Assembly: GCA_028534125.1 (NCBI GenBank)
Contig: CM052817.1
Location: 13,828,001-13,892,000 of the forward strand
Direction of reading: 5' to 3'
Source: Lama glama
Taxonomy: Eukaryota
Length of the DNA: 64,000 bases
Shown: piece by piece, positions 37,128 to 50,049 of the stretch
How positions within the stretch are numbered: position 1 is the stretch's first letter
Layout of the letters: each line of letters starts with the position of its first letter
Notes under the pieces: generated by a model
What the model saw: the letters and a program-made list of their open reading frames with translations, nothing else
Databases searched by the model: none
Told to the model about the DNA's origin: nothing
Made by a program: the position numbers and the translations under genes

Positions 37128-39267
37128 AAACAATCAATCTTAAGATATAGAAGCAAAGAAGAGACAAAACAAAAGGTCCAAAGATGTGCAGGTACAGAAA
37201 AGAGTGTTCATATAAGATTTTTCTAAAGCTGTGAAGTATTCATGAAGTGATACCTTCACAAGGTCAGATGCAACCTGTCTCCAAGAGGCCAGAACTTTGG
37301 GCCATGGGGGACACTAATGCAACATTAGTTGCAATTTTCCTGTGAACTGCATAACACAATTCTGTTTCACAGTCACAACCTTGTACTCTCTGCCTCAAAC
37401 AAATGTATTAAAATATGTGGCTTGATCATAAGAGATGAACAAAGATTAGTGTAAATCTTTTATCACTAATGACAAAAGCTATAGTATGCATCACTTTGAG
37501 ATCCAAAAATAACACACAGCTGAGATGTCACTCACAAGTAGTAATATTTTATCTACTGATATTGTGAATTATTACATAAAAACCAGCAAAGGGAACACAA
37601 GGATAGAAGTTTTCCAAATATCCTGAGGAGGTTCCTTACTGAAGAGGAAGTGTTGCTGTATGTGGCAGAAATCTCATAACTAGATAGAAGTATCATATAA
37701 ATAAAGTAAAAGGATTTATTCCAGCTCAGGAAGTTACAGCTCTGTGGGACACCATAGTTAATTCTGCTGCACATAAGGAAGACTGGGGATTCAGATTCTC
37801 CCAGTCTGCGTGTGGGCCACAGTCACCCTTGCTGATGTCTGTCATCCAGGGATGTGCACACGCATAGAGCATCAACTCAAGGGAGGCCCTTTTCTACACA
37901 CAAGTGACAGAAGCTCGTAGCCCTGGCTTGCTGGAAGTTCTCTGCTTTCAAACATCCTAGTCCCCTCTCTCCCAAAGGGCCCAGAAGGCAGGCTGCTTGG
38001 CAACCTTGATCTTAGCTGCCCCCACCTCATTCCAAAGTGGAAGAGATGAAGACCCCTGTCTCAAAATACTTCCAAGCCTAAGCTGATTTTGTTAATTAGA
38101 GTTTCATTTTGGAACATTTGTCACTTGAGGCATCCTGCGAAATACATGCGAGTGCTAAAACAAAATGTTTGAAGACATAATGCTTAACATCACTGGAGCT
38201 CCATCAACTGTTTAGGTCACACAGTTGCCATGAGTTTTTTTGTTTTGTTTTGTTTTCCTATGGATGCTATTTTTGCTTTTCTTCTTTCACTCAAGTGGCA
38301 GACAGCTGCGATGCACCTACTCCTTGCTGGGCATCGTGTTAGCCTTTGGGAGATTGGTGGGGAGAAGCATATTGCAAACACTTTATTCGCATAAAATAAT
38401 AATGCAGGGTCCACAGGTTTATTGCAACAGATCCATTGGGTTTTAAATATATATATTGTAAAAGTTGAAAAATGAAAAGAAAATAAGTTCTTTAGGGAAA
38501 AAGGAATGTAAAATTAGAACTAATTTTTTTATACAATCACTAATAGCTGAAGTTCTATTCTTATGTGAAACACAGACCCACAACAATTACCATTTAAAAT
38601 GCAATTATGAAAATATATAACAAGTAATTTCCCATTTCTTTTTATCTTTCATCTAAGTTTCTCCATATTATTTATAAATTAGTTCTTGTGGGACCCCAGG
38701 AGATAAGGATGATATTACTAGTATTCTGGTTATACAGACTTCAGGAGCTTACTCCAAGTCAGTAAAGTTGAGCTTAAAATAGGGATAAAATGAACAAGAG
38801 AGATTAGGTATTTCATTGGATCCAAGAACTTTAGAATTGGAAGAGCCCTAATCCAACCTTTATATTATATATTAAATAAGGCCAGGAGGATGAATGACTT
38901 GCTATAAAGTCACACAGCTATCACCGACAGGTCCAGTTCCTAAACCATCCCACATTCTATTTCCTATTTCCTCAGTCAGCCATTCCTTACCAATTATTCC
39001 CTAACTGTGCGGAACTAAGTTCTGTGCAAGATGCTGTGATTTTGTGAGTCAGAAATATGGTTCTTGCTCATTAGAACTCTTCAGTCTATTGGAGGGTGCA
39101 ATAAAGAGTTAAAAATGTTGGGACAGTACTGCAGGGACCGACAGGAGCTGGAAGAGGTTAGGTGTCATCCTGGTATTTTCCTCTAGAAGTCAGTCCCAAC
39201 ACGCATGGAGAGGAAAGGTGTGGCCAAAGGACATTTACAGCAGGATGATACATACAGAAACTCTAAA

Positions 39268-39490
39268 GTGGCTCAAACACTCAAATGCCTGCAGGGGCTG
39301 AGTTCAGACAAAAGGGTGAGCCCTGCATGGTGAGAGTGCCTATGTAACGCTGTGATGACAAGGGTGGTGACTGGTCGTCAGAGGCTGCGTGCCCCACTTA
39401 AAAGCGGGCAGCCCTCCTCGGACCTGCCTTAATATTCCCTTGTGTCCATGAGCCCAGAGCTGCTGAAATGTTGTGAAATTTCCTGAAGCT
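39268..39490. mobile_element. MER103-like DNA transposon
   Basis: actcaaatgcctgcaggggc...gcgtgccccacttaaaagcgggcagcc...gagcccagagctgc. Confidence 0.55.
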
Positions 39491-39924
39491 CTTAACTTGG
39501 CTGCTGCCCTCATAGGAGCAGAGCTAGAACAAGTTCAGTCTAGCCAATTAGCAAACACAGTATATGAAGAACATCTTTAAAGTGATTTGTGCTTAAATTC
39601 ACTCCTCACCCCTGGAGATCTCTGCATAGACTCATTAACTGGATTTTTTTTTTTCCCCAAATACCTGGTTGTTCACTAGTGATTGCCAGCACAGCCCAAA
39701 GCCTTAATAAATGAGGACTTTCCAAATACTGCGTTTTTGTATCCAGCCAAGTGGCATGGTAAGGTTATATGTGAATTTATGTCCTTCTCGCTTTTAGAGA
39801 AGGGTCTGAGTATTCAATTTACCATCTGGATTAATCTATCCTTATTACAGTGGTAAAGGAGCCCATTTATACAAGCGGGGTGCTCAGCAGTTCTTGATAT
39901 CATGTACCATTCTGACAGGCTTAA

Positions 39925-40090
39925 TGCAGGTCAGGCACAGTACACGGGCTTCAAATACAGTATCTCATTTATCCAAATAGTCACTCTGTGGGATAGGTAC
40001 TATTACTGTTCAGATTCATCTGGAAAACTGAGGTTCAAACAGGTTAAACAACTTTCAAAGTCACACATCCATTAGGTAGCTGAGTATGAT
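39925..40090 (-). mobile_element. MIR SINE
   Basis: caggcacagtac...tatctcatttatcc...gataggtactattact...gaaaactgaggttcaaacaggttaa. Confidence 0.8.
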
Positions 40091-42479
40091 TGGAAGATGG
40101 ATACAATAATCTTAAAGGCAATACTTTTGCTATCGTATTTCCCTATGATGCCAACACAAATGGTCAACTAGTGAAAAATTTAGGAAGTACCACATACTTT
40201 CCCTCTACAATAGTTGAACAAATCGAAGCACACATTTTACCTTCAATTTAGACCATAAAATCATATTTTCTTTTAAGTCTAGAGTAGAAATGTCTAGATT
40301 TCCTGATATCTTGTATTCAGAGGCCAACCAACAGGAAGAGGCTAATTTTCAGTCCTTGGGGTAATTATGTTATTTTACTGGGTATCCCACCATTGTGATA
40401 ATATATACATATATATGTGTGTATGTGTGGTAATATATGCATATATATATATATATATAAAGCAGATCTGGAAAACAGAAAACTAACAAGAATAGAAGCC
40501 TTTAATTTGAAATGGAAGTATCAAAGTTCAAAGCAGCAGTTCCTTTCATTATGAATTAGGGACGGTGTTGGAGATGCCTTGGGTTGGAGTAGGATGAAGT
40601 ATGTATGTCAGTGCTGAGCGTCTCCTTCGAACCTTGCAGGCAGACTAAGTTTCAAACACTTGCTCCATATCCTGCTAACTTTGTGAACTGTGACAAATAA
40701 TAATCTTTTCAAGCTTTAATTTTCTTGACCTTGTAAAGATGGGTGAAAACATTAAATGAAATCATGGTTATCAAGTACTTAGAGTGTTAAGAACAGAGTA
40801 GGTTCCCACAAATACTTCTTCCCTTTACTCTTTCCTTTATTGTTTCTCTGCTCATAGAAGATTTCTCAAGAATGGGGACCGGGGACAGTTCTCCTATGGT
40901 TAACTAACCACAGCGGCCCCAGGGATGCATCCAACGGAAGAGGATAACGGTGAATGCTTCTTATGTATTAGACACCGTGCCAAGTCCAAGAATGGACTTG
41001 CATGTCCAATAATAAATAACCCTTCTAGCAATTTTGTGAGAGAGTTGCTATAATTTTAACCATTTCACAGACAGTGAAATTGAACTACAGAGCGATTACA
41101 TGATTTGTCCCACATTAACTTGTCTAATAAATTGTAGTGTCTGAATATGAACTTGTTTCTGTGGTAAGAAGCTTAAACCTGGGCTCAGTAGTAAAGGACG
41201 CCAGTTACTGACCACTTAGCCCCAGTCAAGGTCACTACAGGCACCATAAATTCTCAAATTTGTGTCATCACTTTTGACAGAGAAACATGAAACAATCTAG
41301 GATTTATTCTCAGGTGTTAGTTACTTTCTCCTTTGTTCCAATATTCCACCCCCCCAACAACATTTTGTTCTTCTCTAAGTTAAATACATTAATATAATAG
41401 GATTATATGGAAGTGTTCATTTAGAATATGCAAAAATATTTTTATTTAAATGTGATTGCTCTTGAAATCAGCATGGTACTCCAAAATGTACCAACATTTT
41501 GGGAGTGAAAAACTGAATATGCCAGGTTAAGGCTTGTGCAACATTTTTCTATGAAAGAATTTTTTCTTTCGAAGCATTCAATAAGCTATAGCTAGCAGTT
41601 TAATTATTCTATGCAAGCACAATAGCTTCCTGATAACCAAGGGAACTGTCTTGTGACAAAGCTGGTTTCTACATTTTTTTTTTTAATAAGAAGGGTTCAG
41701 AGTGGTGATTTCTTGATATCCCTTAAGACCTTTTAGGAGAGATCTTATCCAAGTAATACATTTTCTAAAAGCATAAAGGGAGCAGTGAACTGTTCAGAAA
41801 GGCTGAAGCATCTCATTCTGTTCTTACATTTTTATTTTCTAGGAATAGTTCTCTGCAAGACCACAGGTGGTCATAAAAGAATCCAGACAACTACACTACT
41901 GCTCAAAATTCCAGAACTGTTAACAAAATTGTGGATAGTAATAATAATAACAGACAGAAATTCTACAGAATTAGAAAGTTTTATGGAAATTCTTTCCTAT
42001 AGATTTTGCACAGTTCTTGTCTATTTAGCTCTGAAACCTCCATCAGAATAGTGACAGCGAGTGTTCCGCTTGAGTGGGTACCTTAATCCTTCCAGTAAGT
42101 GCCAGTCACTAAAAAATACCTGCCCCATGAAGCAGAAACCTACTATTATGCTGAATTTTACTGCTGGTTTTTCAGAAGCAATGCACAGGACACAACATTT
42201 CATACTGACCTCTCTACTGTGTCAAATATGTGCAAAAGATAAATCTGTTCTTTATGATTTTTAAAAGCTAGATTTTTTTGCATTTATTATAGACTGGAAA
42301 CAGATCTTTATGGTTTTGTCTGGCAATCCTATGGGATGAAGAGTTTAACTAAGCTGTGATTCAGAATTAATTGTTTGGCTTTGAAAAGAAAAAAATACAT
42401 ATTCAGCTAACACCCTTGGAGATTCTGATCTAGTAGCTACTTTATGCTGGAGCTTAAGAGGTGTGTTTTTTTGTTTTAA

Positions 42480-42900
42480 ATCTCCTCAGGAAAAAGTAGC
42501 GATATATATCCAGCACATGTTAAAACATGTGAATATATGTAATATGTATCATAAATATATATTTTAGTCATATGTACCTATGTATGTTATGAATGTATAC
42601 ATATTTTAAAAGGTACATATATAAACTCTAGCTACCCTGTATTCTAGAAATTCCTTATGTACAAATGTATCCTGTTTTGACATATAAAATTGCTTCATGT
42701 TCAGAGTTGTTCAGTCATTACAGCTTTTTTTTTAATTATTAAAGAACTAGAGACAATCTGAATGCCCTACACAAGGGAATTTGATTAAATAAATTTTATA
42801 TAGCCACATAATGGAATACCATGTAAGTAACAGAAATAAAACGTTAGATTTATACAGTTGAAACTAATTAAAGAAAAACTATCCAAGCTATATTGTTAGA
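42480..42900 (+). mobile_element. Old L1ME fragment
   Basis: attctagaaatt...aactagagacaatctgaatgccc...ttaaataaatttta...tagccacataatggaatacc. Confidence 0.6.
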
Positions 42901-43659
42901 ATCTGGTATATTGTAGTCTACTGCAGAAACTTAACAAAATGATACAGAGAAGAGGGTGTTTATTTTTCACCTTAAATCTTCTCTATGAGCTAAGTTTTAT
43001 TCTTGTCACTTTATATTTGCATGCACTATTCCCATAATTTAACAGATAACACAAGTTAAAATGCATACAGTAACTCTGATGTCCTGATGTTAGTCCTGAA
43101 TTAAAGGCACTGTGAGCCTCATATGATGTTGGTTTCCTACAGTAAGGTTTAATGACTTGAGTGCTGAACAATCAAACCACTATTCTTATTTAAAATTTTG
43201 CCCAGGGGGAAAATATTTACCTTGTACTCAAAAATAATTACACCTCAGTTATCTTTTAAGTAGACTACGCGTTAGCAGTTGCTTTGTAATAATACCCTTT
43301 CTCTGACATTGAAATGAAATGTGATAAGAAACTGTACCATTTCACACCACCACTTAAAGATAGCACCTTACGGAGATCTGATGAAATACTGATGATGTTA
43401 ACGCAACTGTGTGATTTCCAACAAAAATGATAATAATAAAAAAATGAATGTGAAAAATTTGCCCATTCTGTGAATCAATAATGATACTGTGACCCTGGCA
43501 GAAAACTCAATTCAAGCAATTGATGGTACTAAATTGAAAATATCCATCTTCCACATTGGCAGATACATTTTCTTTTCTTTTAGTATCTATCATGCATTAA
43601 CCTTGTGATGAAAAGGCAAAGAGGTGACAGGGCCAGCTGTGAGGACTCTAGAAGTTTGG

Positions 43660-43830
43660 AGCCTTGAGTCTCATCCTATAAGACGGAAGGATAAACCTTG
43701 AACACACCACTTAACCTCTCTGCGTTTCAGCTTTCCAATCATCTGTGAGATGAGAGTAACACTTGCCATCAACCCCAAAAAGGAGTTGAAAGAGACTGAG
43801 AAAGTCCGTGGGAAGCACTTTGAACGTCTC
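43660..43830 (+). mobile_element. MIR SINE
   Basis: accttgaacacaccacttaacctctctgcgtttcagc...atctgtgagatgagagtaac...gtgggaagcactttg. Confidence 0.7.
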
Positions 43831-43884
43831 AGAAGTAAGCTTTCACAAAAGTACAAAGCCTCACATCAAAGGACACGCTCTTAC

Positions 43885-43990
43885 CTTCCTGACACATCAT
43901 GGGTAGGCTAATGTATAGGCTTGACACTGAGTGTTCCTTTTCATTAAAATAATTGCCGTAGCAAGTTCTTTTCTTTTTCACCTGGACATT
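43885..43990 (-). other. Putative first exon A (5' end unknown)
   Basis: Strong AAG|gtaaga donor at 43885/43884 and no clear acceptor; CRE and E-box lie immediately upstream. Confidence 0.3.
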
Positions 43991-43992
43991 GT

Positions 43993-44023
43993 TCACGTGC
44001 AGCCTCGACAAAGCCTGACGTCC
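43993..44023 (-). promoter_or_regulatory. CRE-like site plus E-box
   Basis: TGACGTCC 44016-44023 (7/8 match to CRE) and CACGTG 43994-43999, with CpGs retained. Confidence 0.3.
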
Positions 44024-44744
44024 CTTCTCAGATCACTGTGAGGGGTCTCTGAGGCTCATTTTTGGCTCATTCAGCTGTGCTATCCAGCCGACAGGTATAA
44101 AATGTGTTACCCTCTACCTCTCTCTTTAGGCATTGCTAGAAAGCAATCTTCTGGGGAGAAAAAAGTAGAATACATTCCAGGAGGTTATTTATGCCTCCAC
44201 GTGCTATGGCCACATTTGAGGCAGGACAGAGATAATTCACTCACACCAATTGTTCATGCCAACCTGTTCTAGAATCGTAGCTCTTTCTCCAGACATTCAG
44301 CCTGCATTATTGAGTGCCACTTGTGCACTCAGCTCTAGAGACAAAATGGTACATCAGTCCTAGAAAAGGAATTTGCCTGCCAAACAGTGCCGAAATTACA
44401 TAGCAATTTACATCTTTCTTCAAATCAACACCTTGAGCAGAAGTTCGCAGTACTGGCCCCACATTAAAACTACCTGGATGATTTTAACAAGATGAGTTAA
44501 ATTAGAATCTCTGAGGCTGATGCTCCTGCAGAGAGATGTTTTAGGAGCAGTGAATATACAACATTGTAAATGTAAATTAATGTAAATTAATGAATGGAGG
44601 AATAAATAATTTTCCAGGTATTTACAAATTAAGAACCCTGATTCTAGAGAGTCAAACATGGTGATGATACCAGTACCACTGTAACTATAAAGTGCTGGCT
44701 CCGTTCTGAGCAACCCCATCAGTCACTGCATTTCTTAAGGCTCT

Positions 44745-44915
44745 TCTCAGAGTGATGCATGGATGCTTATAAGAGCATCACAAGAGCAATGGCTTGTTAA
44801 AACGCATATTCCCAGGCCCAGTTACAGATCTACAGACTCAGAACCTCAGGGCAGGCTTAGGCATTTAAAATCATTTTCTCAAATGGTTCTTAGGTATTAA
44901 GATGTAAAACAATGT
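44745..44915. mobile_element. MER5B-like DNA transposon
   Basis: gcttgttaaaacgcatattcccaggcccag...agatctacagactcagaacctcaggg. Confidence 0.65.
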
Positions 44916-46029
44916 CTGAGACCCTCTCTGGGTCTTTGCCTACCTATCTATCATTTTTTGAGCTTTCTCAGGACTCAGAGCCTCTGCTAAGTATTTAGGG
45001 CACAGTACATTTTTTTAGTCCTCACAAATGCTAGCAATCCTTTTTCACAGAAGAGGAAATTAAGGCTAAGAGGAGAGAAATGACTCGCTCAAAATTACAC
45101 ACTTAGAGAAGGGTAAAAACAGTTACCAAACTGATGCTTATCTTTCCCAAAACCTCTTTAACATTTTAGTCCTTGGCACTTATTCCCTCCAGTGCCAGAT
45201 CCTGGCCTCCCATTATGCCATTGCTCTGTCTTCTAACAAGGTCCCTGGAATGCCAAGCACACTTACCTCCACGCCCCACAGCGGTGAGTCTGCACTCACC
45301 AGGTCATCACCTTCAGCTGTTCCTGGGCTCTTCAACAAATGAACCACTGTTTTCAATCATCTTTTCCTGAAATTTCTGACCTCAGGCAAAGCTGACCCTT
45401 CACCTTTGCCCATCATCTCTTACTGAGACCAAGTCAGTCGTGCATGAGCTCCTCACACAGCCCTGGCTACTGCACCATGTCCTCGCGCCTGGGCCCTCTC
45501 CATCTCTGCCAGGACTACAGAGGGAGAGGCAGCCCGCCCCTTTTCTCTGCCTGAGCACTCATGCCCACCCTTGACTCTCTCCCTCTCCACCAGCTCTAAT
45601 CTCACCCTTGTTTAAATAGGTTTAAATTCCACCATTTCCAAGAAATAAAATTATCTGGGTTTGAAAAGAGTTTTCGTTCTGTTTTCTCAAATAGTATACC
45701 CATCCTCTATTTTCTCATTACAACTTCCCTCCTCAACTCCACTCTCCTCCTGATACAGCCGTCTTCAAAGTTATCAAAATCCATCTTCAGGCCAAATCCA
45801 TTTGTCAATGTTCCCTTCCTCTTCAGCATCTGCTTATCTGACATTTAATCTTCTTAAACTCTCCAGCCCTCCGCCCCTGGGATGATCAGCTTTTGTTTTT
45901 GTTTGTTTGTTTTGTCTTGTTCTTTGCCTCTGATTAAACAAGTCTCTTAAAATTTCTTTGAACCTCAGAATCTTTACCTCTAAAACAGGAAAAACAGTAT
46001 CAAACTCAAGATGTTATTATAGAAGTACA

Positions 46030-47240
46030 AGGAAGTAAAATGTCTATTTTATTCACTTACTGAACAAACATTTGTTAAGCATCTGCTGTATGTACAGTAC
46101 TAGACTAAACACTGGAGTGTAAAGATGAAACTGATGTGGTCATTGATGTTGAGGGCTTCAAAGTGATCTGTTGATCCTGACAACTAATCATAGCGCCCCA
46201 TTCATTTATTTATTTATTCAATTAATTCCGAGTGTCTGATATGTTATCTAGGCACTGAAGACCAAACAGAACAAGTCTGAATAAGCCTGTCCTCATGAAG
46301 CTTAGTGATAACACCCATCTAGCCAGCTAGCTAGTATCAGAGAGCAGGAAATGCTATAAAGGAAAAAAATGAGTTATAAACAGAGTTGTGGCAGTGAGGT
46401 GTGGTAGGAATGGGGTCAGAAACTACTTCTTTGAGGAGGTGACATCTGGTCTAAGGCCTAAATGATGATGAGTAGAATGAGATATTCACAAAGAGTATTA
46501 CATGAAGCAGGTGCTGCAAGTGCAAAGGCCCTGAGGTTTAAATGAACTTAGTGTGTCAGAGGGGCAGAGAGGAGGCCACAGGAGCTTTTCAAATGGTGAA
46601 GAGACAAGTAAAAGAGTTTGGCGAGGTCTTGGATTCCACACGAATTAAGGAGCCTATTTCTGAGACTAAATGTGGAGGAAAGTCACTAAGAGGTTTTTGG
46701 TAGGAGAATGCTAGCTGATAAATACTTTGAGGGAGACTCTGAAAACTGGGTGGCTAACTGATTGTGCTTGGGGAACAGTGGAAGTTGGAGAACTAGTTTT
46801 GAGTCCATCTCAGTAGACCAGGCAAGAGATGGCTGGAACAGGGGTAGAGGCAATGGAGATGGTGTGACACGCTCGTGATTTGGCTCTAGTATTTGGTATA
46901 TGCTAATACTGATGTATTTACTCGGTATTTTGTATTTTACACACCACAATTTCAGTTGTCTGAGCACTTGGATGTCATTTTGGTCGCTGCTTTATCCCCC
47001 AGTCTCTAGAACAATGTCTGACATACTGTAGGTGCTAAATAAGTAAGCATTTGAAGAGAAAATGAATAAATGGCTTGGATGTGGGTGCTGAGATAAACCC
47101 CTAAGTTTTTAATTTGAGCACTTGGGCTGAGAGTGTGTCCTCAGCTGAGGACTAGGAGAAAGCCCAGGTTTGTGGGTGGAAAGCAAGAGTTCCAATTTAG
47201 ACATGCTAGATTTGGCATGTCTCAGAGAGTGGACACTTTC
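46030..47240. mobile_element. Cluster of L2 LINE fragments (mostly minus strand)
   Basis: aacaaacatttgttaagcatctgctgtatgt, tctttgaggaggtgacatctg, aagtgcaaaggccctgagg, gagttccaatttagacatgctagattt. Confidence 0.8.
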
Positions 47241-47344
47241 ATTCATGTGTCCAGAGCTCAGGGCTAGGCTTTTTTAATCTTTTTTTATCTTTTCAAGTTT
47301 TGTTCCCTCCCTTTGGTTTGTGAGCTCAGCAAGAGCAGGTGCCC

Positions 47345-47535
47345 CCTTTAATACTCCAAGGGTGCTCCCCAGACCAGCAGTTGCAACTTAACCTGGAACT
47401 TGTTAGAAATGCAAATTCTCAGGCTTTACCCGACACCAACTGAATTAGAAACTCTACAGGAGGGGTCCAGTGATCTGTGTCTTAACAAGCCTTCCTCACA
47501 ATTCTGATGCACTCAACTCTGAGGAACATTGATCT
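47345..47535. mobile_element. MER5A DNA transposon
   Basis: cagaccagcag...acctggaacttgttagaaatgcaaattctcaggc...actgaattagaaactct...tctgtgtcttaacaagcc...attctgatgcac. Confidence 0.9.
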
Positions 47536-49530
47536 AAAACACTGTTAGGTATAGTCATCAGAAAGAGTTGAACAGAAAATGGATTGTTTGGTGTGACTGT
47601 TCAAATTAGCACACTTCTGACTCTTTTTCTGGCCTCTTGTCAAATCTCCCTTTATCAGTCAGACTTTTTTAACTGCTTTAATTAGTTTGACCATAGAATC
47701 CAATGTTTTCCTATTTTAAAAAATTATATCCAGCAATGGTAACTACAGAACTTTCCAAAAATATTTTCAGTGTTTCAAAACACTTTCTGATCTGGCATTT
47801 AATTTTAGTTACAAAGGAGCTATGAAATAGCAGAGACGAGAGTTCACATCACATATGAATTTATTTAGTCAAAGTCCTGTTAGATAATTTATTGATGTTC
47901 ACATGGCAAGGTTAGACAGATCTGAGACTAAAATCTATTGTTGGTAAATATGGGAATAAGTCTCTATTTCAAGTTTTTCTCATAACACTCTGGTACTATC
48001 TAGAATATCATAGATGCTCAATAAATATTCATTGACTGAATGAATAATTCCTGAAGTAGATTTTGCAGGTTGCAAGAAAATACAGACAACCTTAGAAAGA
48101 AAAAAAAAAAGAGAGGATAAGAGAGAGAGGGACAGAGACAGAGAGAGATATCAGAATAATACAGAATCCTGATCTTCCATTTAATCAGAGACCCACTAAC
48201 CAGCTCATCATATCCAGCAGCACTATCTGGACTCACTGTTCAGCAACAAGGGAATCTGGGGGCAAGACATAAATTATAATCTGAAATTATGACTATCAGT
48301 TTCCTCCATTATCTCTTTAAGACAATAATTGATATAGCCTTCTAGAATTCTTGATGCTTTATTTTTCTCATACTGTAAATTAATTGTGCACTTGAAAGTG
48401 TTTCAATGTTCCTGTATTTTGACCTCTGTTTTGAATTACCTGAGTAATGCAAAATCTGGCAACATCTCCATCACGCTGAGATTGCTTCTTGCCAACATCA
48501 TCTGTCTCTCTTTATTTTAAACCTAAAACACATTCCTTCTCCTACTGGAATGCTTTCAGCCTATCAGACCTGTGATGATAAAGAAACCTTCCTATATTTG
48601 CATAAAGCTGTAGAATTTTCAATGTGCTTTGCAAACACATTGTTTGACTTAGCTTAGTTTAGAATGCCCTAGACACAACTGTTTGCTTTAAGAAGCTATG
48701 CCTAAATGTACTTTCTTAGAAGGTCTATTTGAAATATTCTGGGTTCTAAAGTGCCACTGAATTATAATAAAAAAAAATTCCCTATCCTGAGGTCAAGATT
48801 ATATATACATAGTTTTGGACAATCTGCAGAGGCGAGCTCTTCTCTAGGAGACCACATATAGCTAATAATAAAGTAGACAGTGTGGGCTGCTTTATGCTAT
48901 AGTACCTTGACTGAAGCCAGGCATTTTAGTAGTTACATATTTAATGTTGCTTAGTGTTTCTGAATAGCATGTACAATATTCAGTTTCAGAGAAAAGGCAA
49001 ACTATTAGATGTGAAGACTGAAATGAACTTCAGACTCTTCCAGCTGTCACACCGCCTTCTGATGCACATGGTAGACAGAGCTTGTCTACAAGGGCACGTT
49101 ACTTTGTGGAATCCAGAAATGGTCTTGGAATCTTTCTCTGTCTTGTGCTTCAAGCATTCACTGATGATGGTACCAGTGAGCCCACGACATTGGATCTATC
49201 TGCCAATACCACTGTAAGTCAAACTCTTTCATTCACAGAAGACAAGACGGATTCTCAGAACGGTGCTGTGACTTGCCCAAGGTCAAGCGGGGCAATAGTG
49301 AGGTCGCCACTAACTGCCAGGATGACACACTGACTCTACTCATTAGACCAGCTGTTTGGTACAGGGAGATGGTGTTAAGCAAGGGGCTGATATTTGATTG
49401 AGTTCTCAGCTGCTTTCTCATCCACATTAACATCAACAGGTTTCCACTGGCAGCTTCTTCCCATCCTCACAGGGATTCTGGAATTTAAGTGCCAACTGTG
49501 CAGTTTCCTCTGTTTAAAATTGTCTGCTCC

Positions 49531-49563
49531 TTTCTTCTTCTTCTTCTTCTTTTTTTTTTTTTT
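49531..49563. repeat. (TTC)n plus poly-T tract
   Basis: Directly visible. Confidence 0.9.
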
Positions 49564-50049
49564 CAGGGACTATTCTTTCTATTTCCATATAAGACTGGAT
49601 TATAATATCAAACACCAAGGAAAAGAAATGTATAAAAAAGCTTCAATGAATACACTGTAGGGACTCTAGCTTTGAATCAATGCTTATTTTTAAATGGGGA
49701 ATCAAATGATACTGCATAAAGAGAGAAACTGAAATATGACCCATTGCTGAGAGAAAAAGGAATCAGAAAGGATTTGTTCAAGATGATGTTTGATTTGGAT
49801 CCACTTACACATCACAGAGAGAATCAGAATGGTTCCTACAGGGCTATTTCAGAGCCAGATTAGAGTAGACACCAAGAAGGAATCCCCTGTGTTAAACTCG
49901 CCATCTTCCGCTAAGCCAATTACACTCTTGAGTCATGAACATGACCAAGAATCCTAGTTTTAACAGCATTGTAACTTAGCTTGAAGGTTATTCATCTATC
50001 TTAGCATTATCCCCATCTGATTTGTCTTAATGGTTTTTAGTTTATCCTT

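Noticed and set aside
37780..37807. Hairpin agactggg...cccagtct as a small RNA
   Set aside because: Only an ~8-bp stem, which is expected by chance; too short for a pre-miRNA
41810..42050. Strong plus-strand acceptor (tttttattttctag|G) at ~41842
   Set aside because: No convincing donor or recognisable frame follows; such tracts are common in AT-rich DNA
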